Shown here piece by piece: positions 1 to 9,696 of a DNA stretch of 64,000 nucleotides. The stretch is from positions 928,001-992,000 of the forward strand of contig OY764159.1 of assembly GCA_963668175.1 (NCBI GenBank), written 5' to 3'. The notes under the pieces were generated by a model that did not search any database, was not told the DNA's origin, and saw only the letters and a list, made by a program, of their open reading frames with translations. The stretch comes from Syntrophales bacterium (GTDB taxonomy: Bacteria > Desulfobacterota > Syntrophia > Syntrophales > PHBD01). Made by a program: the position numbers and the translations under genes. Every line of letters starts with the position of its first letter. Position 1 is the stretch's first letter.

Positions 1-441
1 CATTTTACTGTGCTGTCCGGGCGGTCGCCGTTTTCCGTAGTACGGATTCTCCAGGATCAGGGAGCCGATGCCCCTTTTCGCAAGCGGCAAGGCCAGGGCC
101 TTTCTTCTTCTCTCGAAGCCCTCGTCTCCCGTGGCGGCGAGGTGGAGGCAAACGGGAGGTCGGCCGTTCCCGTCGATCGGAAGGATCATCTCCACGTAAG
201 CGGTGCCGCTTTCCGGCGGAAATCCTCTCGCTTCGAAGGGACTTGCGAACCGGCCCTGCCTGATCCTTATGCCGTCAGCCCTTTCTTCTCTATCCCACGA
301 GATCGAAATCTTCGCCTGTGCCCGTTCCTGAAGCCAGTCGGGGCTTAGCGCCTTGAGAAAACCCATATCCCCCCAGCCTTGCCGGAAAAAGAGGGGCCGG
401 TTCGAGTAACGGGCATACAATCTGTCAAGAAGGCTGCTCAT
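1..441 (-). CDS. ABHD18/DUF2048-family alpha/beta hydrolase, N-terminal part (runs off the window)
   Basis: Not in the ORF track; translated by hand from ATG 441: MSSLLDRLYARYSNRPLFFRQGWGD...PVCLHLAATGDEGFERRRKALALPLAKRGIGSLILENPYYGKRRPPGQ. This matches the ABHD18 motifs F..GWG, VC.HLAGTGD and ENPYYG.RKP as I recall them. Confidence 0.8.
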   Translation of the reverse strand, partial: MSSLLDRLYARYSNRPLFFRQGWGDMGFLKALSPDWLQERAQAKISISWDREERADGIRIRQGRFASPFEARGFPPESGTAYVEMILPIDGNGRPPVCLHLAATGDEGFERRRKALALPLAKRGIGSLILENPYYGKRRPPGQHSKM

Positions 442-657
442 GTTTTCATCCGTCGCCGGCGGCATTTCTCTATTGAAGATGGGTGAGCGGTTGTTGAATG
501 AGGGTATCCTCGGGAGGCCCGGAGATTGCCTGGGGTTGCCCGTTCTACCTGCATCGCAGCCTTAATGATAGGGCGAACGAACATCCCGCCCTGCATTTGG
601 CCGCCGACACACTGGGCATGACGGGACGGGTCGCAAGGGGGTCGGAGTAAAGGCTCG

Positions 658-1902
658 TTAAAACACCGACTCGCCGATGATGTGCCAGCCTGTCGGTCCG
701 TTTTTGAGATAGAAGAGCTTGTTGGAATCGCTGTCGAAGTTGTTGGAGCGGTATTTCTGGACAAAACGTACGACGGCGATCTGTCCGTTCTGTTCCGGCG
801 GCAGGAGGATGGCCAGGTCTTCCATCTTGACGCGGATGAATTTCTTGCTGCTGTTGACCTTTTCCTTTTGGCGCCGGAAGGCCTCGTAACCCATGCCTTC
901 GCTGCTTATAAACTCCTTGGCGAAATAGCCGATATATTTTTTCGTGTTGCCGCTTTCCCAGGCTTGACGCCATCCTTCAAGGAATTTCATGATCTCCATG
1001 GAGGTCCGGTTCTGCTCGCCGATAGACGCAAGATTGAGTTTGCCGACGACCGTGATCGGCGTGCCGGAAGGCTTCAGCCATCCCGCGAGCTCTTTTAAGT
1101 CTTCGTTGCTGACGACAATGCAGCCCTTGGTGTTCTGCAGGTCTTCCTGACCGATATTCTTTCCGTTACTGTGACCGTGCAGCCAGATGCCCGTGCCGTT
1201 CTTCCTGTCCTTGCGGTCGAGAAAATTCGGATAGTTGAGGACGAAGGCGCCATACCCGTATTTCTCCGGCAGGCTGCTGCCCGGGGTGAATCTCATGAAG
1301 AAGTATGTCCCTTTCGGAGTGGCGAGGTCGCCGGCTTCTTTCTTGTCATTGTGGTTGGCGCCGACGATACAGGGATAACTTTTGACGAGGTTGAATTTCC
1401 CGCCGGTGAAACGGAAGAGATGAAGGGTCTTGTTCTCTTTTTCGCATATCAGGAGATATTCGCCGGTCGTGGCCAGAAGAAAAGGCTGCGGCGTTTTGTC
1501 GGGTGCGATGACGAGGGGAACGGCTTGCGGCATCGGTGTTGCCTGTGCGGTCGTAGCGGCCGGGGTCGCTGTTGCCGGAGAAGTTGCGGCAGCAACGGGT
1601 TGGGTGGTTGCGGCCTTCGGCTGTTCCTGGACGGCTACGGCCGCTTTCGCGCCTGGCGGCGGCGGGAGGTAGGCGGCCATCCTTTTCTGCGCATCGGACA
1701 GATGGGCATAGGCCTTTTGCACGTCCTTCTGGCCCAGCGCATCCTGGACCTGGCCGATCCGGGCATGGGTGTCGGCCACGAGCTTTGCCAGCGCCCGGTT
1801 GGCGGCCCCCTCTTTATAGTACAAATAGGTCAGAACGCCGTTGGAGGCGATGAGCGCCATAAAGACGACAAACCTGACTATTCGGAATGGTTTTGAGGTC
1901 AT
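658..1902 (-). CDS. L,D-transpeptidase/carboxypeptidase (YkuD fold) with N-terminal membrane anchor and C-terminal NTF2-like domain (Csd6/Pgp2-like)
   Basis: GDLATPKG, LNYPN, GIWLHG...TKGCI (His/Cys dyad); C-terminal W.QAWE...F.QKYRS...K.FYL...W.I..E domain; Pro/Ala/Thr-rich linker. Confidence 0.85.
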   Translation of the reverse strand: MTSKPFRIVRFVVFMALIASNGVLTYLYYKEGAANRALAKLVADTHARIGQVQDALGQKDVQKAYAHLSDAQKRMAAYLPPPPGAKAAVAVQEQPKAATTQPVAAATSPATATPAATTAQATPMPQAVPLVIAPDKTPQPFLLATTGEYLLICEKENKTLHLFRFTGGKFNLVKSYPCIVGANHNDKKEAGDLATPKGTYFFMRFTPGSSLPEKYGYGAFVLNYPNFLDRKDRKNGTGIWLHGHSNGKNIGQEDLQNTKGCIVVSNEDLKELAGWLKPSGTPITVVGKLNLASIGEQNRTSMEIMKFLEGWRQAWESGNTKKYIGYFAKEFISSEGMGYEAFRRQKEKVNSSKKFIRVKMEDLAILLPPEQNGQIAVVRFVQKYRSNNFDSDSNKLFYLKNGPTGWHIIGESVF

Positions 1903-1923
1903 GGTCCGGTCTCGCCTTTACGT

Positions 1924-3090
1924 CTAAGCAAATTCCTTTTCAATCCGTAACATAGCCTCCTTGAGCCTGTCGTCGGGGACCGTAAGGGATATGCGGATGA
2001 ATCCTTCGCCGTATATGCCGTAAGCCGTGCCTGCCGCGACGACGACGGCTGTTTTATCGAAAAGGCGGTTAGTGAACTCGATGGAGGTCATTCCCGCGGG
2101 TACAGGCATCCAGAGATAAAATGTCCCTTTGGGGGGCGTAAAGTCGACGCCGATTTTCTTCATGGTCGCGAGAACCAGCTGCCGCCTGCGGGCGTAGATA
2201 TCAAGCATGCGGCCGATGCTTTCTCCCTCTTTGCTCAGGGCATGGATGCCGGCGAACTGAATCGGATTGAAGATGCCGGAATCGGTATTCTCCTTCACCT
2301 TGCTGATGGCGGCGATCAGGTCGGGATTGCCTACGGCCATGCCGATTCTCCAACCGCACATATTAAAAGGCTTGGAAAGGGAGTTGAGCTCGACGCCCAC
2401 ATCCTTGGCACCCTCGGCCATCATGAAACTCAAGCGTTCCTGGCCGTCGAAAAGGATTTCGCTATAGGGGTTGTCATAGCAGACGGCGATGTCATACTGC
2501 TTGGCGAAGGCCACGAGCTTTTGCAGAAAATCCCTGGTGGCGCAGGCGCCGGTCGGATTGTTCGGGTAATTGAGGAAAATGGCGGTGGCTTTATTCGCGA
2601 TATCCGAGGGGATATCTTCAAAAACGGGCAAGTAGCCGTTTTGCGAGAGAATCGGGACGTTGTAAGGTTCGCCGCCGCCCATCAGGATGCTGGCCCTGTA
2701 GGCCGGATAACCCGGGTCCGTCATCAGGACTGTATCTCCCGGATTCACCCGCGCGAGGATGAAGTGATGACAGCCTTCCTTGGATCCGATGAGGGCCAGA
2801 ATTTCGCTGTCGGGGTTCAAATCCACGCCGTAACGGTTTCGATACCAGTCGGCTACGGTCTTGCGAAAGGCCTGCATACCCTTTTCCTCATCTATGGGGT
2901 AGCGGTGGTTTTGAGGGTCGAAGGCCGTCCGCACCAGTTCGTCGATAATGGGTTTGGGGGTTTCTTCGACAGGATCGCCGATCGCCAGGCTGATCACGTC
3001 CACTCCGTCCGCCTTGGCTTTGCTTATTTTTTTCCGGAGCTCCATGAATAGGTATGGGGGGATCTTTGTCAAGCGCTCAGCGGTCTTCAA
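1924..3090 (-). CDS. dapL: LL-diaminopimelate aminotransferase
   Basis: Class I PLP aminotransferase: IPPYLF, GSKEG, NYPNNPTG, SLSKPFNMCGWRIG; adjacent to dapF; TTG start with AGGAG RBS. Confidence 0.85.
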   Translation of the reverse strand: MKTAERLTKIPPYLFMELRKKISKAKADGVDVISLAIGDPVEETPKPIIDELVRTAFDPQNHRYPIDEEKGMQAFRKTVADWYRNRYGVDLNPDSEILALIGSKEGCHHFILARVNPGDTVLMTDPGYPAYRASILMGGGEPYNVPILSQNGYLPVFEDIPSDIANKATAIFLNYPNNPTGACATRDFLQKLVAFAKQYDIAVCYDNPYSEILFDGQERLSFMMAEGAKDVGVELNSLSKPFNMCGWRIGMAVGNPDLIAAISKVKENTDSGIFNPIQFAGIHALSKEGESIGRMLDIYARRRQLVLATMKKIGVDFTPPKGTFYLWMPVPAGMTSIEFTNRLFDKTAVVVAAGTAYGIYGEGFIRISLTVPDDRLKEAMLRIEKEFA

Positions 3091-3130
3091 ATAACGTCTC
3101 CTTTCCCTTGATGATGCATCAGAATAAGAA

Positions 3131-3949
3131 TTACAGGTAAGCTTCTTCCCAGAGGGCTCCCTGATAAACTACTTTGACCTTTCCTTCAAGATAAATTTTT
3201 TCATATCTTCCGCCGGTTTTGGAAAAATGGATCTTCAGGGTTTCCCCGCTTTTGACCTGGACGCTGACGGGAGACTCCACAAACCCCAGGGATGCGGAAA
3301 CGAGCGCCGATGCCACGGCGCCTGTGCCGCAGGCCAGGGTTTCGTCTTCGACGCCCCGCTCGTAGGTCCGGACGGCCAGGGTGCGGCCGTCTATGATTTT
3401 CGCAAAATTGGCGTTCGTACCGGCGGGCCGATACCGCTCATGATAACGAATATTCCGGCCGATGGACACGATATCCATCGATTCTATGTTTTCGGCCAAA
3501 TGGACGACATGGGGGACGCCGGTGTTGATGCTGGAAACGACGAATGACCGGCCGTCGACGTCAATCGGATAATCGAGTGCCAGGGAATGCGAGTCCGTCA
3601 GGCGCAACTTGACGACATCGCCGTCCACTTCGGCGTCGATGATTCCCGCCAGAGTCTCAAAGGACATCGTGCTTTTGGCGATGCCTTTGAGATAGGCATA
3701 CCGGGCAGCGCAACGGCCCCCGTTGCCGCACATGTCCACTTCGCTGCCGTCGGCGTTGAAGAAACGCCACCGAAAGTCCACCTTGTCCGACGTTTCGATA
3801 AGGATGAGACCGTCCGCTCCCACGGAGACCCGCCGTTTGCAGACGGCCGTGACGAAATCGACGACGTTGCCCACCGCAAGAGATTGATCCCGATTGTCGA
3901 TGAGGATGAAATCGTTGCCGCTCCCGCTCATTTTGAAGAATTCGATCAT
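3131..3949 (-). CDS. dapF: Diaminopimelate epimerase
   Basis: KMSGSGNDF, NADGSEVDMCGNGGRC, NTGVPH, ERGVEDETLACGTG. Confidence 0.97.
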   Translation of the reverse strand: MIEFFKMSGSGNDFILIDNRDQSLAVGNVVDFVTAVCKRRVSVGADGLILIETSDKVDFRWRFFNADGSEVDMCGNGGRCAARYAYLKGIAKSTMSFETLAGIIDAEVDGDVVKLRLTDSHSLALDYPIDVDGRSFVVSSINTGVPHVVHLAENIESMDIVSIGRNIRYHERYRPAGTNANFAKIIDGRTLAVRTYERGVEDETLACGTGAVASALVSASLGFVESPVSVQVKSGETLKIHFSKTGGRYEKIYLEGKVKVVYQGALWEEAYL

Positions 3950-4024
3950 GCCGTCTTGCCTTTCAACTCCCGTCCGGACGTGCGGTGTTTCCGTCCTTGT
4001 TCTTGCGTTTTAAGTATGGATGCT

Positions 4025-7000
4025 TCAGCCTCTTCGCCTCTCCAGGTTCTCCTTGATCTGGCGGGCGATGACCTCTACCTGGTCGCCCAGAAGAACCTTC
4101 AGCGGTATATCCGCAAGATAGCTGTCTTTCCAGGGGAGATTGTACTCGTTGATGAGATTCCTGATGTCGTTGTAACGATGTCCGAGGACGGCCCGTTTCG
4201 TTTCCATGGGCAGCGTTTCGTTAAAGGTTACATGGATGAGGAGCAGGCTCCTGACGCCGATTCCTTCTCCCAGCATGGGGATGATCACGATGGAGGCACC
4301 GTCGTATTTGCCCTGTCCTATGTATATATTCGCCGTCCGCGCGATCGTCTTCTTCGTGCCCATGAGGATGTTCGAGCCTTCGGCGCGGGACGTCATCTCT
4401 GCGGCGATGCCATGCCTTGTCCTGATGGAGATGGTGGAATTCTCTCCCGGCGACCCGTCCGCCTCCAGATTGTTGATATCGTAGAGGGTATACCCGTTGA
4501 CCGCCGCGATGGCGGGCTGTATGCGGATAATGGCCGGTATGTTCTTGCTGATCATGGACTTGGCGGTGAAACCGAGCGTCCGGAGGAGATCGAAGGCCAC
4601 ACCCCTGAGTTGTTCTTCCTTGCGGCTGGTTCCCACCGTAACCGTCTTGGCCTGGTGACGGATGGCGTCGACCGGCCGTGAAAGCTCGTCGATCAAATGC
4701 CCCAGGGAGATATCCAGGAAGACGATCGGGGAAGGCATCTCCTCCTTGACTTTGAAGTCGTGCCAGAAGTCTTCCAGGGGCAGTTTGCCGATGCTGTACT
4801 TCAATAGCAGAACGAGGTCCGATAGGGCTTTCACGGAAGTGAAGACGAACCCGCCATCGTTTCGGCGTTCGTAGAACCGGTCGGTGAAATCCATGACGAG
4901 CCGCCGCAGGTACGTATCGTTGACTTTTTCGTACAGGTTGAAATTGTGCCTGGCCTGTTCCAGCATCCGTTGGTTCAGGTTGCCTCTGAATTCCCGGAGG
5001 AAAGAGGCGTCATCGTCGATATGACAGGCGGCGTAGTAACCCCAGAGATGGCCGGCAAGGGTGTTCAGGATCACAGGCGCCGGGTGTCCCCCGCGGCGTA
5101 TGCCGATGACGCTGTCGGCGATCTGGTTGAAGCGGCTGTCGCCCTCGTCCGCAAAGACGACGACGCCGGCCTTATGGGCCTTGAAAATGGCCACATCCTT
5201 GATGATATCGCCGATTACGGCTTCCGGGCTGCCGGCGGCGCAGACGATAATGAGCGGCTCGGCGGAGAGATCGATGTGTTTCTTGTTTTCGATGATGTCC
5301 GACGAGATGGTCTTGTAACACAACTCGCTCAGTTTGATCCTTATTTCATCGGCGGCGGCCTTGTTCGGACCGCTGCCGACGATGGCCCAGTATCGTTTCT
5401 TTTTGGAGAGACCCTGTACGGAGTCGCAAATTTTGTCTCTTTGTGCAAGCACGGAGAGCATCGCCGACGGGATATGTTCGAGGTTGAGAAGTTCGTCGGC
5501 GATGGCGTTGTCGGACATCGTTCCCAGCATCTTGGCAAGACTCAGAGCCAATATATGGCCGGCGACGATTTGGGAGTAAAACGCCTTTGTCGACGCCACC
5601 GACATTTCGATATCCCGGCCGTCGCTCGTGTAAAAGACGCCGTCTGATTTGGACGTAATATCAGACTGCCGGCGATTAACGATGGAGATAACCATGGCTC
5701 CGCGCTCGGACGCCATCGCCACGGCCCGGTTGGTGTCGGTCGTCGTTCCGGACTGGGTGATGGGAATAACGAGCATATCCTTAAGGTCTTCTTCCAGACA
5801 GAAACCGCTCATTTCGGAGGCTATCCTCGCTTCGACCTTGATACGCGAATTTTTCAGATATCGTTCAAAGGCGTCCGCCACGGCGCTGCCGGCAACAGCG
5901 GCGGTCCCGTGCCCGATGACGGCGATGCGCTGAATCGCTTTGTCCTTGATGGCCCTGGTAATCTTTTCGGGGAATATATCTGAGCCGAGGTTGAAGGAAA
6001 CGGCGTGGCCGCCGCCTTCCCTTTCCGTAATGCGGTATTTGCCCCGGAGGGTCTTCCTGACGGACAAGGTGGATTCGTTGATCTCCTTCATGAAGAAGTG
6101 GCTGTAGTCGCCGCGGTCGATATCGCGGGTCGTGATTTCGGCCTTCTGAATATCCTTCTGTCCAATGGCGATAGGGGTACCGTCGTAGAAGAAGGCGCGG
6201 ATTCCGGAAGTGCCCCCTTCCGAGTCCTGCTCAAGAACGAATATCTGTCCCGCCGTGCCTCCGTCATCGGCCGCAGAGGTCTTTTCGCCGTCCATCTTGA
6301 GAAAGTGGGGCGTCCCCTCCACCAACCCGTATAATTCCGAAGAAAAGATATACCGGTCGGGAGCCATGCCGACGTAGATCGTCTGTCCGCTGCCCCTCAG
6401 GGCCAGGAAAGCCTTTCCCGGTTCCATGTCGCTGATCATGGCGATGGCGTGTGATCCCTCGAAATCCCGGACCGCCAGCCGGAACGCCTCGGCGAGGTCA
6501 TGGCCGGCCGTCAGGTGTTTTTCTATCTGAAGAGGGATGATTTTCGTATCGGTCGTCACGTCCGACGCGATGAGGTCCCCTCCGTCTGCTTCAAGTTTCT
6601 CCTTGAGGCTGAGATAATTGTCGATGTCGCCGTTCAGGACGACGCTGATGGAACGGGCCATGGGCCGCTCCGCATCACGCAGGGTGTAATTGTTGACGGG
6701 ATGGCAGTTTTCTTCCGTGATGGAGCCGACGGAGGCCCAACGGGTGTGGGCGAAGGTGGTTAGATGGACGGCCTCCTGGCCGACAAAGGCTTTGAATACC
6801 TGATCGTTTTCAATGGTGCTGCGCAGAGACCGGACATTCTGTCCCAACTCGCCGATAATGGAGAAGGTTTTGTACGTGAATGTAAGGGCGGCTCCGTCGG
6901 GATGACCGGAGGACGTTCCGTTTCCATTCCCGTCTGTCGAAAGGTGAATCTTACCATTGAAGAGGTCGCCGCTTTGCGATCTCTTGAGAAAATCGTCGTA

Positions 7001-7768
7001 TTGGCCGTTCTGTTTCAGCTTCTCCAGAACCGAGTCGATGTCACGGCTTTTTTTGACACTGAACAGGATCTGAATCCCTGCCGAATCGCGGCCGCGGACT
7101 TCCAGCCGGTCGATACAGTTGAGCAGGAAGTTGATATCGCGGTATTTCGCGAGCGAGGCCGGGGTCAGGTCCGACGGGGACTTGGCGCCCGCCAGTTTTA
7201 AAATCCGTTCCTGATTGTTGAGAATATCCTTCTCAAGGGCCCAGGCGATGTCCTTAAGCCTGACGAGCCGGCTGTTGATCATTTCCAGGTCCCCGGTGGA
7301 GAAGTGGCCGGCGCCTTCTTCCAGCTTCTTTTCCTCTTCCGCGTAGAACGCCGCCATTTGTTTTTGGGCGGCCCAGAGAAGGCCGGTTTGCGCGGTGTTG
7401 AAAAACAGGGCGTCGAAATTTTCGTTCCTTTTCAGCAATTCCAGCGATTTCTCTACGGGTTCCAGGCATCGGTCGCCGTCCAGATAATCGATCGGAGAAA
7501 TCCCTTGAGACAAAAGCGCCTGCATCCCCTTGGCCTTCATTTGAGCAAAGGAACGGGCCAGCACATCGCTCGCATCGAACGAAGCGGTCTGTATGGGCCG
7601 CTTTACGGCCATGATGCCCGCGAGTCCGCAATGAAGCCGGGCCTGGTAGCAGGGAAAGAGAATGATGCTCCCTGCCGGGGCATTACAGGGATCGATGCCG
7701 ATATAAATTCTCCAGGTGAGGTTGGATCGGAAAAAATCAGCCCCGTTTTTCAAGAATCGTCTGATCAA
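4025..7768 (-). CDS. glmS: Giant glutamine--fructose-6-phosphate amidotransferase (GlmS-like; class II GATase plus two SIS domains with insertions and extensions)
   Basis: CGLAG, LEVRGRDSAG, HTRWASVG, NGDIDN, QSGTTTDT, SVASTKAF, IKLSE, AKTVTV; 1247 aa, about twice a canonical GlmS. Confidence 0.8.
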   Translation of the reverse strand: MIRRFLKNGADFFRSNLTWRIYIGIDPCNAPAGSIILFPCYQARLHCGLAGIMAVKRPIQTASFDASDVLARSFAQMKAKGMQALLSQGISPIDYLDGDRCLEPVEKSLELLKRNENFDALFFNTAQTGLLWAAQKQMAAFYAEEEKKLEEGAGHFSTGDLEMINSRLVRLKDIAWALEKDILNNQERILKLAGAKSPSDLTPASLAKYRDINFLLNCIDRLEVRGRDSAGIQILFSVKKSRDIDSVLEKLKQNGQYDDFLKRSQSGDLFNGKIHLSTDGNGNGTSSGHPDGAALTFTYKTFSIIGELGQNVRSLRSTIENDQVFKAFVGQEAVHLTTFAHTRWASVGSITEENCHPVNNYTLRDAERPMARSISVVLNGDIDNYLSLKEKLEADGGDLIASDVTTDTKIIPLQIEKHLTAGHDLAEAFRLAVRDFEGSHAIAMISDMEPGKAFLALRGSGQTIYVGMAPDRYIFSSELYGLVEGTPHFLKMDGEKTSAADDGGTAGQIFVLEQDSEGGTSGIRAFFYDGTPIAIGQKDIQKAEITTRDIDRGDYSHFFMKEINESTLSVRKTLRGKYRITEREGGGHAVSFNLGSDIFPEKITRAIKDKAIQRIAVIGHGTAAVAGSAVADAFERYLKNSRIKVEARIASEMSGFCLEEDLKDMLVIPITQSGTTTDTNRAVAMASERGAMVISIVNRRQSDITSKSDGVFYTSDGRDIEMSVASTKAFYSQIVAGHILALSLAKMLGTMSDNAIADELLNLEHIPSAMLSVLAQRDKICDSVQGLSKKKRYWAIVGSGPNKAAADEIRIKLSELCYKTISSDIIENKKHIDLSAEPLIIVCAAGSPEAVIGDIIKDVAIFKAHKAGVVVFADEGDSRFNQIADSVIGIRRGGHPAPVILNTLAGHLWGYYAACHIDDDASFLREFRGNLNQRMLEQARHNFNLYEKVNDTYLRRLVMDFTDRFYERRNDGGFVFTSVKALSDLVLLLKYSIGKLPLEDFWHDFKVKEEMPSPIVFLDISLGHLIDELSRPVDAIRHQAKTVTVGTSRKEEQLRGVAFDLLRTLGFTAKSMISKNIPAIIRIQPAIAAVNGYTLYDINNLEADGSPGENSTISIRTRHGIAAEMTSRAEGSNILMGTKKTIARTANIYIGQGKYDGASIVIIPMLGEGIGVRSLLLIHVTFNETLPMETKRAVLGHRYNDIRNLINEYNLPWKDSYLADIPLKVLLGDQVEVIARQIKENLERRRG

Positions 7769-7937
7769 TGGCTGCTTCCTTTCGTTGCTGAAAATGCAGT
7801 GATTGGTTATATCCTCCGCTACCCCGCCCCGGAGGTCTCTTTATCATATTCCCGCCGAACCGTTCCAGTCGTTTTATCCTCTCGGGATTTCAACGTTGAA
7901 TTATACGGAGCGACGCAGAATCAGTAAAGTGAAAGTA

Positions 7938-9206
7938 TTATGATTTGCAGGAGGGGATCTGTTCCAGCACCCGGACCGTCGTCCGATCGACGACCTGACG
8001 AAGCCATTCGGTGCCGGTGGAAACGCCTCTGTTACTTAACCCTTGAATCGTTTCGATGTAGTTTGCATCTCCCTTTTCCAGTTCGGTTTCAACATAATGC
8101 AGAAAGTCGTCGCGTTCTTTGAGACCCCAATCGGCTTCGCGGCCGTCCGTCAGGCAGCGTTCCACGACCGGCCAGTTGGCAAGAAATTCTCTCTGCCGGG
8201 TGAGGATTGTTGCCCGGTCCCCCGCAGGCAGCTTTCTTTCGGCAAGCCCGATGGAAGCATCCATCTTTTCCGAAAACTCACGGAATCGTTTCAATCTTTC
8301 CTTCAAAGCAAGATCGAGTTTATCCATCGCCCCTGCAAAGAGCTCATCGCCGTGTTCCCGTCCCTTGAAGAAGGGACGGCGGACATGGAGATACCACTGT
8401 TTGAGGGCCAGCAGGTTTGCGATATAGATGATGTTGTTTCGGACTTTGCGGCCTATGTCCCGGTACAGCCCGGGAGTGAATGCCTCCGCCGAATATGCCC
8501 CGGCATTTTCAGCAATCACAACACCGCCCTGCGGATAATCCTTGCGGCAGATGGTGCCGGCCGCCGTGACTGAACCGTAGCCGATCCTTACCGGCCCCGC
8601 CAGTCCTCCCTGGCCCCCCAGGAAGATGGGATTCTGATTGAGCATGACGCCTGCGGGGACGTCGCCGAGCAGGGACGGTGTTGCCTTGTCCTGGTTGGGT
8701 GTGTAATTGAAATGGATATAGGAACTGCCGACTTCGCTGTGGTTTTTGCGGTTTGTGCCGCCGGCCATGAAGCAGTCGCAGAAATTGATGAGGCTGCCCA
8801 GTGTGACGAAGGGAAAGAGGATCGTCTGCTTCAATCCCACCGTGTGGGCCGTATTTGCTTCTTCTTCCAGGATGCATCCTTCCCGGATCTGCGCTCCGCT
8901 GCCGGCGGCGGCATGGTCGAGAAACACGGACGATTTGCAGAATCCCCCGTGCAGCTTGACATCCGCTCCCAACTGGCAGTCATCCAGAGTGACGGGGGCT
9001 TCATAGCCCAACCTTGCGCCGCGTCCTATCAGCGTGGAGCCGCCGTAAATCCGGCTTCCGCCATAGATCCAGACGCCGTCGCCGGAAATTCTGTCCAAAG
9101 ATACTTCCTCGCCGATATCCACGGAGAAAGGATTTGGTATCCGTACCCCTTTTTCCATGAGCTTGACGATATGACGCGGTATCGGTGAAGGTCGGGTTTC
9201 TGTCAT
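7938..9206 (-). CDS. GlmU-like left-handed beta-helix acetyltransferase (no N-terminal uridylyltransferase domain) with helical C-terminal domain
   Basis: Begins LMEKGVRIPNPFSVDIG, like the start of the GlmU LbH domain; hexapeptide repeats; immediately upstream of the glmS-like gene. Confidence 0.7.
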   Translation of the reverse strand: MTETRPSPIPRHIVKLMEKGVRIPNPFSVDIGEEVSLDRISGDGVWIYGGSRIYGGSTLIGRGARLGYEAPVTLDDCQLGADVKLHGGFCKSSVFLDHAAAGSGAQIREGCILEEEANTAHTVGLKQTILFPFVTLGSLINFCDCFMAGGTNRKNHSEVGSSYIHFNYTPNQDKATPSLLGDVPAGVMLNQNPIFLGGQGGLAGPVRIGYGSVTAAGTICRKDYPQGGVVIAENAGAYSAEAFTPGLYRDIGRKVRNNIIYIANLLALKQWYLHVRRPFFKGREHGDELFAGAMDKLDLALKERLKRFREFSEKMDASIGLAERKLPAGDRATILTRQREFLANWPVVERCLTDGREADWGLKERDDFLHYVETELEKGDANYIETIQGLSNRGVSTGTEWLRQVVDRTTVRVLEQIPSCKS

Positions 9207-9274
9207 TCTCTTATCCTGAATGACCGCCTGCGGCGGGTACGGGAAAAGCGGCTTGGGGGATGATGCCTTGTTGG

Positions 9275-9571
9275 TTAATCGTCTAGGCCGTCCATGCCGT
9301 ACTTGACCAGTTTCTTTTGGAAGGTGTTTCTGTTGATGCCGAGATAATGGGCTGCCTTGGTTTTGACATGGTCGGACCGTTTCATGGCAATTTTAAACAG
9401 ACTCTTTTCCACCATCGACACGATATCTTCGTGCAATCTGCTTTTACCGTTGCCGGTAGAGCAGAGAATGGTGGCCAGGTCTTCAATATTTTTTTCGATC
9501 TTTCCTTCAATCGTTTCCGACGCTGCCGGCTGTTTCTTATCGGCGACGGCTTTTTCTTTTTGTGTGTTCAT
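9275..9571 (-). CDS. Fis-family helix-turn-helix protein
   Basis: VEKSLFKIAMKRSDHVKTKAAHYLGINRNTFQKKL (HTH_8); likely start ATG 9571. Confidence 0.85.
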   Translation of the reverse strand: MNTQKEKAVADKKQPAASETIEGKIEKNIEDLATILCSTGNGKSRLHEDIVSMVEKSLFKIAMKRSDHVKTKAAHYLGINRNTFQKKLVKYGMDGLDD

Positions 9572-9696
9572 GGGCAAGAGATCCTCAGTGTAAGTAGTCG
9601 TATATGATGTTGCGTTATTTGCCGATCTTCGATTTCCATTTTGCCGGGAACCGCCGCTTGCCGCAAGGAGCCCCACTACGGAGCCTTCGCGCTTGT

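Noticed and set aside
442..657. Possible ncRNA in the gap after the L,D-transpeptidase gene
   Set aside because: GC-rich, but no recognisable family motif or convincing long stems.
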